A stretch of DNA of 49,339 bases, counting the filler, from Dimargaris cristalligena (Eukaryota): NCBI GenBank assembly GCA_003614675.1. It is 2 parts of 2 records of this genome, joined end to end, with 100 filler letters (N's around TTAATTAATTAA, not from the genome) between each part and the next. Parts side by side here need not be neighbours in the genome. Positions count along the whole stretch, not along the records: positions 24,737 to 49,339 come from ML002583.1; 1 more part is not named here. One strand, 5' to 3'. Position 1 is the stretch's first letter, and each line of letters opens with the position of its first letter. Below, piece by piece: positions 34,201 through 47,400 of this stretch. The position numbers and the translations under genes are program-made. Below the pieces are notes generated by a model that made no database searches, was not told where the DNA came from, and saw only the letters and a program-made list of their open reading frames with translations.

Positions 34201-37200
34201 CAAGTCATGAGTGCCCCCGCCTGCACGTTAATGAAATGGTTCCCCAGCTGATGCCCTACGACCGTAGTTATTACTATACTGCACGTTGGTGAAGGCCGCA
34301 CCGGTACCAATGGGCCGGGAAGAGCGACCTCGGCTGGGGGGGGGGTGATAAGTTTATCCCTAATAAAATCAGTACCATAATACTTTTATTTCTCCTATTC
34401 CCTCCACCGAGCCCGATACCAACGGCCCTTACCGAATTATCCACCCGCCCCTTTTGTCACTGATACATCCGAAAGATGAACAAGAACATACCGACTACTA
34501 TGGTTTCGAAATTGTTGGGTTCGGTTTGGCCCTTATCCTCCCTTTCTCTTTCTTAGGCAACAGTAAGATCCGCCGAGCCGGAAGCCGGCACTGAGTCGGT
34601 GGGAGTGAATGAGCCACCGTTGATAGAGGCTAGGCTGTAATCGACAATAGTGAACCCTTCGACCCTGGCTTTATTCTCTCCCTCATACACCATACACACA
34701 CTCTCTCTCTCTCTCTCTATAATTTTCCCTATCCCCTTCCTCACAGCCAGTCTTAGTGGGAAGGTGATGAATTGAGAACGTGTATATCTACAGTTGCGAT
34801 TGGGAAAACCGGTGTGTAGGTGCCCATCTATAAGTGTGGACGGGTGAATCGAGGTGAATTAGACAGTGTGTACAAAAATGAACACTACTATCCTATCTCC
34901 AAAGGGTCCTTTGAAACGAACCACCGCCCCCAATATAACCCAGTTTGCCAAGTTAAGGGTGGCGGTCCTGAAACTACCGAAATTGGGTTTCGTTCCGCCC
35001 GCCTCTATTTTTGTCTACCAGCATGCAACTCTAAGGCCCCACCGGCAATTACGAAACCAATGTACGAAAGTTTTATATGCGGAGAATTGCCCCTTCACTC
35101 ATTATAGGTATTACTAGGGCAATCCGTACCATCTCAATTGCCAAACGGTACTGTGTGCAATATATATTCTGGGTAGGTGCATCCGATTATCTACTATTCT
35201 AATATCGACCCATATTCCCCCAAAAATACATTGGCCTAGTGGTATTCCAAATGCGAATCGTTCTTTAACTATTTCTTCAGGATTTACGCATTTCCGTAAT
35301 AACGGAACTGCAGAAATGGCTGTGTATCCCGCATTATCGAAGGGGCAATCTATATACCCCCCTCTGTCCTAACGGCTCGTCAAGTAGAGGGGGATACATG
35401 AGGAGAATTCGGTGGACTACCACCGCACCCTACGTTTGGCCAATGGTGGATTGCCGGAATAGTCCCTATTTAGAGGGTGCCGTGGTAGCAGCGGTTCCTA
35501 AAACACTTTAGTTGGGCTCACTAATAAAAGTTGCGTACCAGTGAAAGTTAAGGCCTCAAGGGCAGGACATAAAATAAATGAATCGGTGCCGAAGGGTTGG
35601 CACTAGTGTACTATTATTTAACAGTATATAAGTTATATTTAGATCTTGGCCCAGTGTAGTAGACGTCACTTGTGTTTTTTATTATTCAGCTTCAATAAAC
35701 TGACAGGTCAGCGATGTAGTGAATAGGATATGTTCCCAGGGGGAATGTGGTTGACAAGTTGACTGAAATATTGTTGATACCCAATTAGCCAAGCAGCCAG
35801 CTTTACCAACAAATCACCGGCAAGGTAACCCAGTTGTCTGTCATCCGGGAAAATACGTCAGCCCTAAAAATGAAACCTATTGCAGCACCAAGCCGACGAG
35901 GCAGTGAGTGGGGGGGTCGGTAAACTAATGGGCGAGAGAGAGAGAAAGGGATAGATAGATAGAAAGAGAGAAAGTGGGCGTGTGTGAAATTAATTGACAA
36001 ATGGTGTTACCATTAATGCGCCCCGTATCACTTAAGCCAGTGATCGGCCACTAGGCGCGGATTAGTTCATTTGACCGCCTATATCACTGCCATTAAGTCT
36101 TCACGGATTGCTGGTATTAGATACGACGGCTAACCCTTTAATGTAATCGATTGTGCTTATAGTATGGTTCGGCGAGGGTATGTGGTCTTTTGCCAACGTC
36201 ATTTTCGACTAGTTTGCTTATTGTTCCTAATCTGCAAGATCCCACAGTTACTGGCGCACCCATCATCCCGGAGGAAACTACCTAGTGGTCCACGACACCC
36301 CTTTGTTATTCATTTAAAACCTATATACTATATATTGGGGGATGTAATCGAACCCTCCAATCGAAGGGCCAAAATGCCAGCTAGTTAGCCGCCCACCCAA
36401 TGGTGTCCACTTGGGAGGGAAGGATGTGCCGTTTCGACACTATACCCTAGGGGACGGGACAATAAAAAAAATAGATATAATACAATATTATTGCATCGTA
36501 TTGTTTGCGGCGCCTTAAAGCGCGGATTGGTTGTGATGGGCCAAGATCCTATAGAGACTATGGGGTTGAGTAGTATCGATTTTAAACGGCAGTCGATGCC
36601 CACAAACCCACTAGGCGAATGGCCTTAGAGAGTAAGGGAGATGTAGGGGGGGGGGAGGGATGGGCGTCCCCAAAACTGAATTGCCTATATTTGTCTGTCT
36701 GTCGATCCTTTGCCCGTCTCGTCACATTTATCCCACTCGTCTTTACAATGGCATACACCGCTCTTCGATTGCTTCATAGTAATGTTCCCAAGGATGGGAA
36801 GTCGGCTTGATAAAGGGTGTATAATAAATACACGATCCACCGACCCCCCCTCTGTCGGCCAGCCGGGCCAGAGTAGTGGAAACGTGCCTAAGTTCAAAGA
36901 ACCAAGCCATGCGACATGTATTAGACTGAACGAAGGAGGAGGGGGGGGAGGTAAAGGGAAAAATAATCGACGAAGGGGGTTGCGGTAATACAATAGAGGA
37001 AATATCCGGCGCAAAAGAGGTGGGAATGGTATAACCTCGCCTTGGTCTATTAACCCCCATTGTTTCGATTGAACCAAACCTGTGGCACTGTTTAGTACCC
37101 AACGGGTAGTACAAGGCGTTATTCGATGAGGGCAGTAACCATCCGAAGAAGACCGGTGCGAATTGGGGACGGAAGGGCGGGGGAAATATGATGACTTATA

Positions 37201-38448
37201 CTACTACTCCCCCTCACACGTATATACCCTTTCATCTATTATATCCTACCCCACCGGGGGAAAAAAAGAAAGAAAAGGAACAACCAAGTAGACTCTTATC
37301 GCTATTTCCAAGCTGGATTGCCTCAATTCGTAGGGATTATCGTCCGGGCATCTTTATTGCCCGAAAGGTGACCCTAACGTAACCCATTTGCAATGTGATA
37401 TACCGGGAAATTGGCCCGAAAGTTGAATCTAACGGACAATCTTATAAGACCTAGTACATTAATAAGCCCTGCTCGAATTGCTACCGATTAGTATAGTACT
37501 CCTCCTATGCAGATCTATTGTCCTGGAAAGTCGGGTGCCGTATCATCCCCACCATTAATAAAAACCCAGGGCCGAGAGTCTTGGATTTTCGGTGGCCCTC
37601 GTCCCCAGTCCTTCCAGATAAACATGCCAATGCTAAAACCAGGGTATCGAGAGGGGGGTGTATGTATTTATATATGGATGGGATGGTTTATTATTTATGT
37701 ACGGTTATCAAACATTGGGAGTGGGAGGGGAGGGTTTGGTATTTACAACAGGCAGAGTGAATGGATAAAACTCTTGCCCAAGAGACAAGGTTATTTGTGA
37801 TCGGATAGTGAGGCGTGGGAGGGAGAGGGGCAAAAAAATGTATTTGGGGGGAAGGGGAGTGGGAGAGGAAGTGTGGGTGGGTTAGAAATGTATAATAATG
37901 GTCGTTAGTGGGTTATATATGAGTGAGAAGGGTTAAGTGTGAGGAAGGGTAATAAATACAGCGAGCAGGCTAGGGCAAGGTGGGTGGGGGAACGACTTGC
38001 GCTGGCCAAAGGCGGGAATAGTCGAATAGAACAGAATCACAATTGAAAAGGGTCGGCATTATACAGATTGAAAACTGGCAAAAAAAGTATCGAATAAAAT
38101 ATCCTTGGAGAGGGGTGGTGGTTGTGCGGATATATAGTATAGTGGAGGGGGAAGTATAACAGAGTACAAGAAATGATATCTCGCAGGAGATTGGATGGCT
38201 TCGAGTGATACAGGTCAATCCAGCCCAGAACACAAACGAGCCGAGTAGTGTAACGGGGTATAACCAATAGGCCAGAAGAAACCAAAATGATGTGAAAAAA
38301 ATAAATGAGAACGGTATGTGGGAGGGGGTGTAGTGGTGGTGGTATTGTAGATACCGCCCGACGGAAGGATATTATAATCTAGAGATACCAGCAACCAGAT
38401 GTGCAATACATGTAAAATGGGGAAGGTAAAGATAGAGAAAGGATCGCA

Positions 38449-39684
38449 TTAGGCGGATTCCTGGGGAGCGGGAACCTGATGGGGGTGGAAGGTCAGGCCG
38501 GACCGGCAGACGGCGATGGTCTGGAACCAAGGGGTAGCCATGATAGCCGGGATGCTGGGGCGTTCGTTGGGGTTGAGGGCCAACATCCGACCGAGCAGGT
38601 GCAGGACCTGGGGGGGCTGGTTAGGCAGCATACGGCGCAGAATCTGGTCGGGGTGCTTGGTGAACAGGGCGAAGTTGGGGTCCTGGAGGGTAGCGCGGTC
38701 CCAGGGGAAATGCTTGGTGCACATGGCGATGTAAATGATCGCCAGGGCCCACACATCGACCTTGCGGGCATCATAGATGGTCGGCGCAAAGAGTTCGGGG
38801 GCCATGTAGGTATCGGAGCCGCATGAGCCCGAGGCAATGATGGCGGGGGACCGCTGCTGGGGGTCGTACTTGGGGTTGGAGGTGGTGGCACAGCCAAAGT
38901 CGATCAGTTTGGCCACCCCCTGCGGCGAGATGCAGACATTGTCGAGCTTCAGGTCACGATGGGCTACCCGACGCTGGACATGGAGGTAGTGCAGACCCCG
39001 GACCATCTGGGCGAAGTAGCAGTTAATTTCCGTTAAGCTAAGGCTGGCGGACCCTTGGATGAGGGCGAACAAATCGAGGGGGCAGTAGTCCATGACGTTA
39101 TAAAAAGCCCCGTCGGTTTCCTGGTACACATCGTAGGTCGCAATGACGTTGGGGTGTTGGAACGTCCGGGTAAGGGCGGCTTCGTGCAAAATCTGTCGCA
39201 CATAGCGCTGGGCCCGGTCGGTGGACTGGAGGGCCACGGCGGGCATGACCAGCCGCTTGACGGCCACGGGGGTGCCGTCGGTCAAGCGGTGGTGCAGGGA
39301 CACAATACCATTGGTACCGGCGCCCAGCTCGCGAACGGCGGGGCCGTAGACCTGGTGGGTAAAGCCCACATGACGACGCATCACCACCCGTCCAAAGTCA
39401 TAAGCTGGCGCTGAGGTGGTATGGTGGGGGGCGGCAGGTGGGGAGGAAGACCGGGGGGCCTTAGTAGGAGTGGTTTGGGGGGACGACACCGATTCATTAG
39501 ACCGGGTTTTGGTGCTCGTCCGGCTGCGCTGGAACCATTGGGTAATGTGAGCCAGAGTGCTGGGGGATTGGTGGTGGTCGGCGGCGACCAGCTTGGGAGA
39601 GTCCTCCTGGAAGTCCCGGTCACAGAGGGTAGAGGCAGGGGAGATTTCGACTGGGGAGTCGTAGGCAACAGTGGTGGAGGCCAT
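38449..39684 (-). CDS. Ser/Thr protein kinase, fungal HAL/Npr (Hal5/Sat4/Hrk1/Ptk2-like) group, 411 aa, intronless
   Basis: LGAGTNG, VAVK, HPNVI, HRDLKLDN, LIDFG, CGSDTYMAPE, YDARKVDVWA, FPW; S/T/P-rich N-terminus. Subfamily assigned by motif resemblance only. Confidence 0.9.
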   Translation of the reverse strand: MASTTVAYDSPVEISPASTLCDRDFQEDSPKLVAADHHQSPSTLAHITQWFQRSRTSTKTRSNESVSSPQTTPTKAPRSSSPPAAPHHTTSAPAYDFGRVVMRRHVGFTHQVYGPAVRELGAGTNGIVSLHHRLTDGTPVAVKRLVMPAVALQSTDRAQRYVRQILHEAALTRTFQHPNVIATYDVYQETDGAFYNVMDYCPLDLFALIQGSASLSLTEINCYFAQMVRGLHYLHVQRRVAHRDLKLDNVCISPQGVAKLIDFGCATTSNPKYDPQQRSPAIIASGSCGSDTYMAPELFAPTIYDARKVDVWALAIIYIAMCTKHFPWDRATLQDPNFALFTKHPDQILRRMLPNQPPQVLHLLGRMLALNPNERPSIPAIMATPWFQTIAVCRSGLTFHPHQVPAPQESA

Positions 39685-40192
39685 GGTTAGTAAGTGGTAG
39701 GGAAAGGTTTCGTTTTTTCTTTAAATCTATAGAAAATAGCAAACTAGGTGCTATTAAATCAGGGCAGAGTGATGCGGTGAGCAAGGGATAGGCAGGGCAC
39801 TGGGTGTAGTAGTGATGATGGGACTGTGGAATAGGAGGGAATGAATAGTAGGGGCAAAGTTTTTTTTTTAAAAAAAGGGAGAGGATAAGGAAGGGGAAAT
39901 CGGCGAAGATAATGAAACGGCACAGCAGGGCGGGCTGTGATTGTGAATAGGAAGTGTGCAGCAGGGCCTGAGGGTCAGGCAAAGCTGTCGAGCTAATACG
40001 ACAAAGTGGGAGCAGACTGAGAGAGATATATATATATAGAAAAAAAGAGAGAGAGAAACTTGACGTAGAACGACCGAATGGCGGCGTAACGTGCGGTATA
40101 AATTATAAAACTGTAGTGGCTGTTTGAGCACGGTGGCTTCAAGGCAAGACAAGGGGAATGGAGTCACCCTGTAGTGCGGGGACGGGGTGGGC

Positions 40193-40200
40193 TATTTATA
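40193..40200 (-). promoter_or_regulatory. Candidate TATA box (TATAAATA) for the kinase gene
   Basis: Consensus TATA on the minus strand ~510 bp upstream of the ATG. The intervening sense sequence is pyrimidine-rich and contains no ATG. Confidence 0.45.
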
Positions 40201-41415
40201 TGTTCCTGTGGAAGGATAAGACGATTAAGGGGGAAAAGTTCCCAATGGCTGATGGGAAAATTGCGAATACCGAACCGAGAAATTTGACCCATTTGTGGTA
40301 GTGCAAGGGAAAAAAGGACAAGAGAGAGAGGGACGGGAGGGATGGACGAGTGAGGCAAGGACAATCGCATCGTGAAATGGTGAATAGGCGACCCAGGGTA
40401 CAAAGGGCGGGATTGCCCTCTCCCTCCTACCCTCTCTCTCTCTATTATCCCATAGGCCTATTACAACCCGCGGTTCAATTAGGTCTAGTGAGAGGAGAGG
40501 GGGAATCGGGTCTAGTTACTATGGAGAGAATGGGATTTAAAGAGAGAGAGAGAGAGAGAGAGCGTCTCCATAAGGAAAACAGCCCTATAGTTTACCCTAT
40601 ACCCCCAAAAAACGAGTTTACTTGTTCGCCCACTTTCACACTTAGTATCACGTTTATTACTCCGCCCGCTCATTCACTGCGTCCGCGCCCTCTCCGTACG
40701 GGGCTCGTTCAATCGCTGTAACCCCCTCCCCTCGGTCGCCCCCATACAGCTCGTCGTATTAGTGTGCGTGTGTGTGTGTATGTGTGGGCGTGTAAATGTA
40801 TATATCGGTGGGCCCTAATACCCTCCCTCATTCAATCCCAGCCCAATGGCTCCCTCTTCCATACTCACTCCTGCCAAACAGACCGCCACGCCTTAAGAAC
40901 CGGCTACTGAGTGCGCTCACGGCGATTAGTTGGGGTGCTCTGTTGTTTTGTTATTTGATATAAATATTATCAATGTATATATTCGAATCGCTAACGGATA
41001 TCCCTTGCCGCAAAACCCTGCCACAACTAACTAACTAACTGGTCATCAGGAGTAGGATGCTCCTTCCCCCCCCCCCCAACATAAAATAATATGATATACT
41101 AATCACTAATGGTCTTCGCCTTATTCTCTCTGATACTGTAACGACGCCCTGCCTAAGTGCGCGAATGGGGCCTGCATCGACCAACGCCGACCCAGCCAGT
41201 AAGTCCCTCGATCGTCTCCATGGCCCTCTTTCCCTATCTCTCTCCTTTTGGGCTCATTTACGCATGGCTCCTCCGCCCCCAAGGTGTCACTGTATCACCG
41301 AAAGGCATAACAATTCCATGCTGGATAGGTTGGCTCGAATCTATCCGTTAACGTACCACTGATTTCATTCTTGGGGCGCGTAGACTCCTAGAAACGGCAG
41401 GAGATAGAGAGAGAG

Positions 41416-41420
<5 letters not shown>

Positions 41421-41448
<28 letters not shown>
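41421..41448. repeat. (GA)14 microsatellite
   Basis: Direct read. Similar GA/CT runs occur at ~14441-14461, ~34701-34718 and ~40541-40562. Confidence 0.9.
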
Positions 41449-41453
<5 letters not shown>

Positions 41454-44400
41454 GGGAAGGGAAGGTCTGTGTCGTCGCGTAATACCAACGAACGCCGAAT
41501 TTCTTCGTTAACGCTCGGCCACTATTTCCATGTTTACTATACTGTACATATTTTACCCAATATACTCTTTTTATATATACATATATATATATATATTCGT
41601 TCCTTTCTTTTCTCGCTCTTTCATATATCTCACACAAGGGCAGTATGGTCGAAGGTATTCGTTCATTGTGAATCCGACTTGCCCTCCAATTCTCTCCGAC
41701 GACTTGACCTTTTTTGCCCATTAGACTAAAAATAAAGCTATGCGCCTCTGTAACAATGGGCATATTGGTGCGTACCTTGGGGCCGGGTCGGTGGTAACAA
41801 TGACTGCCGGACTCGGATCAATGGGTCCTGTGGCCTTATGCCTACCCTCCCATTTATTTCGTATTCGTCCGCTGAGGTCCGTCCTCGCCGTCCTATATGT
41901 TTTTTTTTACACCAATGCATGGGCGACTCTTCTATTCCTAATGGAAAGGTCCCTGGAAGTTTAGCCAAAAGACTCGGCTCCCCTTTTTCGTTTATCCTTT
42001 TAAACTGGGACTGTCTTGGTTCAAACGGTCCTAGCTCGTTGTATTCCAGCGGCTCCCAAATTATAACAATAGCTGTTAAAGTCGAGCCACTCATATCTGG
42101 CCTTCCACCCCTTCCCCCTTTCACCTGTCCATTTAAATGACTCTGCATTCTGCTACAGACCCGATTTATCGCTGGCTGGTGGGTATAATTTGGGGCGGAT
42201 AAACAGATCCGGCATGGCGATTAATATTGTCATTAACCATAGTAATCTCCCACCCCATCTCCATTTTCCGAATAGTAGGCTCTACCGGGTTTTCAGTGGC
42301 TTGCAGTTTTGTTTATCAACCACCCAGTCTAATGTGCACTGGTCCTAAATGAACTAAATATTGGCGCTGTGGCCGGGGGGTTGTTTAACACCTTTAATTA
42401 AATCGATATCAAGTATGGGAATCCGATAATAAAAGGATTGCTGTAAGTTTTTCAAAAAGAAAGACCTAGTCGCGCCCCTATTCCAAAGCGTCTTCCACTG
42501 CCCTCCCTCTGACTTACAGGGCATCCCCCGTCGGCACTATCTTGTACATTGTTAGCCGGGATCTTCTCGCCGTATAATGCTATGGAGTATTTTATGCACG
42601 GATAAAAACAGCCGACGCTGGACACTATTATTCTTTTCTTTCCGACTTAATTGAATTCGTGTCGTTTAGCCTAGTATAGAAATACGGGCTGTGGGATACC
42701 AGAATGCCCTCTTCGGTCCCTGGTCCGGCTCTAAGAAACTCGAACATGGGGGAGAGGGGGTTAAAGCCAGCCTCTTATTTCCGCCTATTCACCACTTGTC
42801 CCACCTTTAGCCCTTCTGTTTCTTCGGTTTTAGTCGACCCATACCCTGGCCTTAGGATATAACGGTTTTCCGGATGATACTCAATTGGGTTACTGGGCTT
42901 TTCATAATACAAATGTTACCATGGGGGTCAATAAGGAGATTTTAAGCTCCGCTTTACTACACTAAACTCAATTTGGGTCCTTATTCCCTTTTCTCATTTT
43001 GCGTATACCCATTAGGCGGGCGGTTGGCTGACCTATCCTCGCCCAACCTTCTTCCGTAGTCCTACCGCCAATATATTCTGGATTCCCTCGCCTCATATCT
43101 TGCCGTTCCTCTCCCTTGCGGTTTTATTATTCGCTATCACTAGTCCTGCTTCCACGCTATCTCTTGGTTGTGCTTCCTAAAAGGTCGGTCCCGTGGGCGC
43201 ATACTACCATGCTAGTGAGAACGATTGGATATTTTTCCAGTCACCAGCTGCTATCGGTTTTTTATTGTGCTATTCCCCACGACCATTCAGGGCTAGGCGG
43301 TCAATCAACTCCCCACGACTCTTTACTTCAAAAGTAATGACCACTTGCCCCACCTAAACATCAACCATCCACGGCCCGCTTATTATATTAAAACAACGTA
43401 GATGATGGTCCCTTAGATAAGTGATTCGATATTAGCGGTTCAACCAAGTCCGAAACCACCACCCCGGTGATTGGGCCTAGAGCAAAAATCCTTCTTTAGC
43501 CTAAATCACCGCGATTTTTGTTTCGCTAATGGTAAAATCATCGAATCATCCCAAATGTACGATTCCTTTAACAATGGAAGCCATCTGAATCGCTTGCATC
43601 GACAAGGGTCATCCCGATTGCCCTCATCATCGCCAGCCTCCACCCATTCACATTGGCGGACTAAACCATTATCGGCCATAGTCCTTTAAACCTTTTAGAA
43701 AATGAAGAAGAATAAAAAACAGGTAGGCTAACCACCATGGTCATGTGGTATGGGGGGATGTGTGGGGTTACACGTTTCTACCCATACCGTTGGCTATGTT
43801 CGTTACATTTCCAATAAAGTCCCCTTGCGTTCACCCCTGAAATAAATTAATCATCGGCCAACAAAAAATAGAGACTAGTCGTAAAAAACCCACCCAACCC
43901 ATGCTTGCTATTCGGAAACGCAAAGTGTGGGTAGTACCGTGAAACTCCGGTCTATTCGCCGGTCATACCAGCCGGGAAATTCAAGGGATCCCACCTCTAC
44001 ACCCTAGCCCTCGCTCAATCTATATTGTATTTTTGGGAGGGCTTAGGCACGGCCTTTGGGACTACGAGGCACATGTAATAATGGTCGTTGGGATGAGCCC
44101 CACATTGCTAGTTCATTGGCTAGGGTAAACGCTGGTCACCCACATGAGCAAAATTCTTCGTCGGTTCGTGGGTTCATCTGAGAACCCACTTAGAGGTGAG
44201 TGTGTGGCGTGGTAGTTGCCGGTGAACTCGTATTATAGCCTGGCGAGTAAATGTATATTATTATTTGAGCCATGGGCAAAGGGCTCCTCCCCCACCCTAA
44301 ATAATAAAAATAATCCACAAAATATGCCTCTAACACCCTCCTCTCAACCCTTCTCCACTTCACTAGTCTCATGTATAGCTTTCTATAATTCGCTATATCT

Positions 44401-47400
44401 TCACCAGTTTGAACATTTTGTCCGCTTCCCAGCTGAAGCACTTCAATGTAGCACATTGGGCTGCCTGTAATTGGGTGTCAGTTCGAAGTCCCTTTCGGCA
44501 TAGATGGAACAATTGCGCCAACTAGCGAACACCCCCAAACCGGATTAGACCCCCGGACTGTTAGTATGACTAGGGCCCGATAGATGGCCATCACTGAGCT
44601 CATTCACATTCGTCGCTAGGCGCATCATAGGGATTATCATTAAGCGACCTCCCCATCCCTCACCTCCTCCTCCGCCCCTTCCTCACACTCTATCCCTCGC
44701 CTATACATCGGATTTCTCACACTCCCGTAATAGTCCCCGTACCAAATCCTGGGTTAATCAACTCATCGGTAAGCCTAAACCACCTCATCTGGTAAGAAAG
44801 TGTACAATCGAGATAGATTATCCCCATTACCTCACTCCCCACGACTATGTGGGTGCACTATGGAGGAAGGATAAGTTTCATTAGCTTATAGAAGGGATTC
44901 TCTACCTTCTAATCAATACTGGTATAAATTAAATATAGGCCAGGAGAAATAGAGTGAACTTATTATGGAACAGGTAAATCGTGGCTATCCTTATTATTAT
45001 TTTTTTGATATTCCATTAGTTCACATCCACCACCTGGTTAAATTTACACATATGCTAAGTGGTGATCGCGTTTCATGTATAGGGTGGTTCGTTTTACAAT
45101 TCCGACGCAACTTTTGCATGCATGGACTTTTAATCCGTGCAACAATAGGCATGGGTGACAAGGGCTACAAATGAGAGGGTACGCCGAAGACCAGGTATAT
45201 AACGGTTCTCCAAGTGCAAGGTAATACGCCTAGGTTGGCCTGGCGGGATGAGACTGGCTAGTGTGTTATAATGGCCCGGATGGTCCGATGGGGTTCATCC
45301 GAGTATCGTACTTAATTCCGTACTAGAGTATCGGCATAGTTTCTTTACAATTTCGATCTTCATCAGGATGTACTCTGGTGGATACTTGGTACATTCCGCT
45401 GATCGCCGAACCCAACTTTGTTGCCGACCCTCTAGGGATTCTTATCCACTACCTTGTCTATCCAATAAGGCTGTGTTATCATGACTATAGGTAACATAAA
45501 TCGCCGGTACAAATTTAGCCGGCGGTCCTCAGGTAAGGACTAGGTGGCCGTGTAGCCCCGACTAGCCATCACGTTCCTTGGGGGTCTTATCGATACCACT
45601 CTACAGCCGGAATAACCAGTCTGGGATGAATGTAAAAACCATAAACTCAATTCCAAACGAAGCACAATGATTACGAAAACGGTCGATTCGAATTCCATAG
45701 TAGCTGTTAAAGTTGCCAGGTGAAGTAGGGGTAGGGAAATGACCCCTAGGAGCCATCGTGCCCCTGAATTATACTTTGGGGTGCATTGTCTTCCCCCCCC
45801 CCAAAGGAATTCAATAATAGCGGCCCCCAAAACTCAATCTACACCAAGGTCCGTCCCTATTAGCAACCAGCCCCTCGCTATTACGACAGCCTTGGAGGAA
45901 TAACTTACTAGGGCCTATGCCCTTGTAGGCGAATAAGTTAGGTAAGAAAAAGATCCACCAGGTGGATTTTCCTTTTTTTATGTTTCACTCGCCTGGATTA
46001 TATTTTCGGTGATTTTTAGCACCATCGTAACGAATACCCGAGCTGTGGAACATTCCGTTAAGTAGCTACTAACAATAGTACTTCAAATGTTAAAACACTT
46101 TGTCGTCAGCCAAAATGGTACCTAGGTGGTGAATGAGAGGCCTCGGAAGCAAATGAAGCGACGTTGGCTATTTGGAAGTGAGGCGAGAGCGAAATGGGGG
46201 GAGATATTACGTAGAGTGGTGAACCAAGAGTCGCGGCTGGTTACACAGTACACCGTTACATTTAAACTCCCCTGTACATTCGAGCTGATCGTGCGCCTAT
46301 TATTAGCTTCGTTCCCTCGTTTCCGAGTCTTGGCGCCCCTCGCTAGCGCTTCAATTACTATAGCCATGCTAGCATTTCTGGACCGACTCTCGAGTGCGTC
46401 TGTTCTTCTCAGAGTGCTCCATGCGTTTTCTGCTTTGGTGAATTATTCTGGGTATAAATCCACGAATATTGGCATCCCCCGTATTTAATAATGGAAGTAG
46501 ACCATTATAATGCCATTCGGCTTTTAGGAATGGCGAACTAAAAATACAACAGGACTTTCTAAAAGGCACTAGGCCAAAGAGAGAAGGCGTAGGTGGCCAT
46601 AATTAAAGTAAAAAGGATGCCAATCAATAAGGAACGGAATATCACTTGGTAAGCTCCTATGTCCATCTTGGGCATTAATCGTCACTCAGTAAGTCCTTAC
46701 GGAATACAAGTCTACTTCCGATGGGGTGGCCAATTGTGACTATCACTAAATGTATGGTTTTCAAATACTGAGTGTGCCTCTAGATTCTTTATTATAGGCC
46801 AATGATGCTCTCAAGCCCATATTAGGGGTACTTAGGCTAGTCTAGATCTCACACCGTATCTGAAAATGGTCGTAATAGTCATTGAAGCGCAACCTTAAGC
46901 GAGCACGGCATTCTCTATCCCCCAAATTCTTCATACTTATTTTAGTTTACCGTTTCTATACTGAATTTTTGGTACTGAGCGCACCATTTCTTTGGCATTT
47001 CTTAGATATCGATATATATATATATATAGATATTCGCGGAAATGGTGGAACGTAACTATTCAGTACCTCTGCAAGTACATCTCTAACTACAAAAGCCGAC
47101 TCCGTAAAAGTGCAACTTATCGGCACGCGTAGAGCTGAAGTGGTGAAAGGCCCATACCTCATTTGGGAGCTGAGTAGTAATGCCCTAATGATTCAAAGAA
47201 TTCACAGTACAGTATGTAGGAGTTATACAGGAACTGGCTAAAAATATCCCACCACGAATTTGTGGAGCCAGCCACCACAGTCCAATTAGTCGGTATTTCT
47301 TCATCCTAGAATTTAGTAAAACCAAAAGGGAGCGGAAATGGTATTCCAGTACTAGCGCTGCTCCTATTTCTTCGGTCTACCATCCGGCTTCTAAGCCTCA

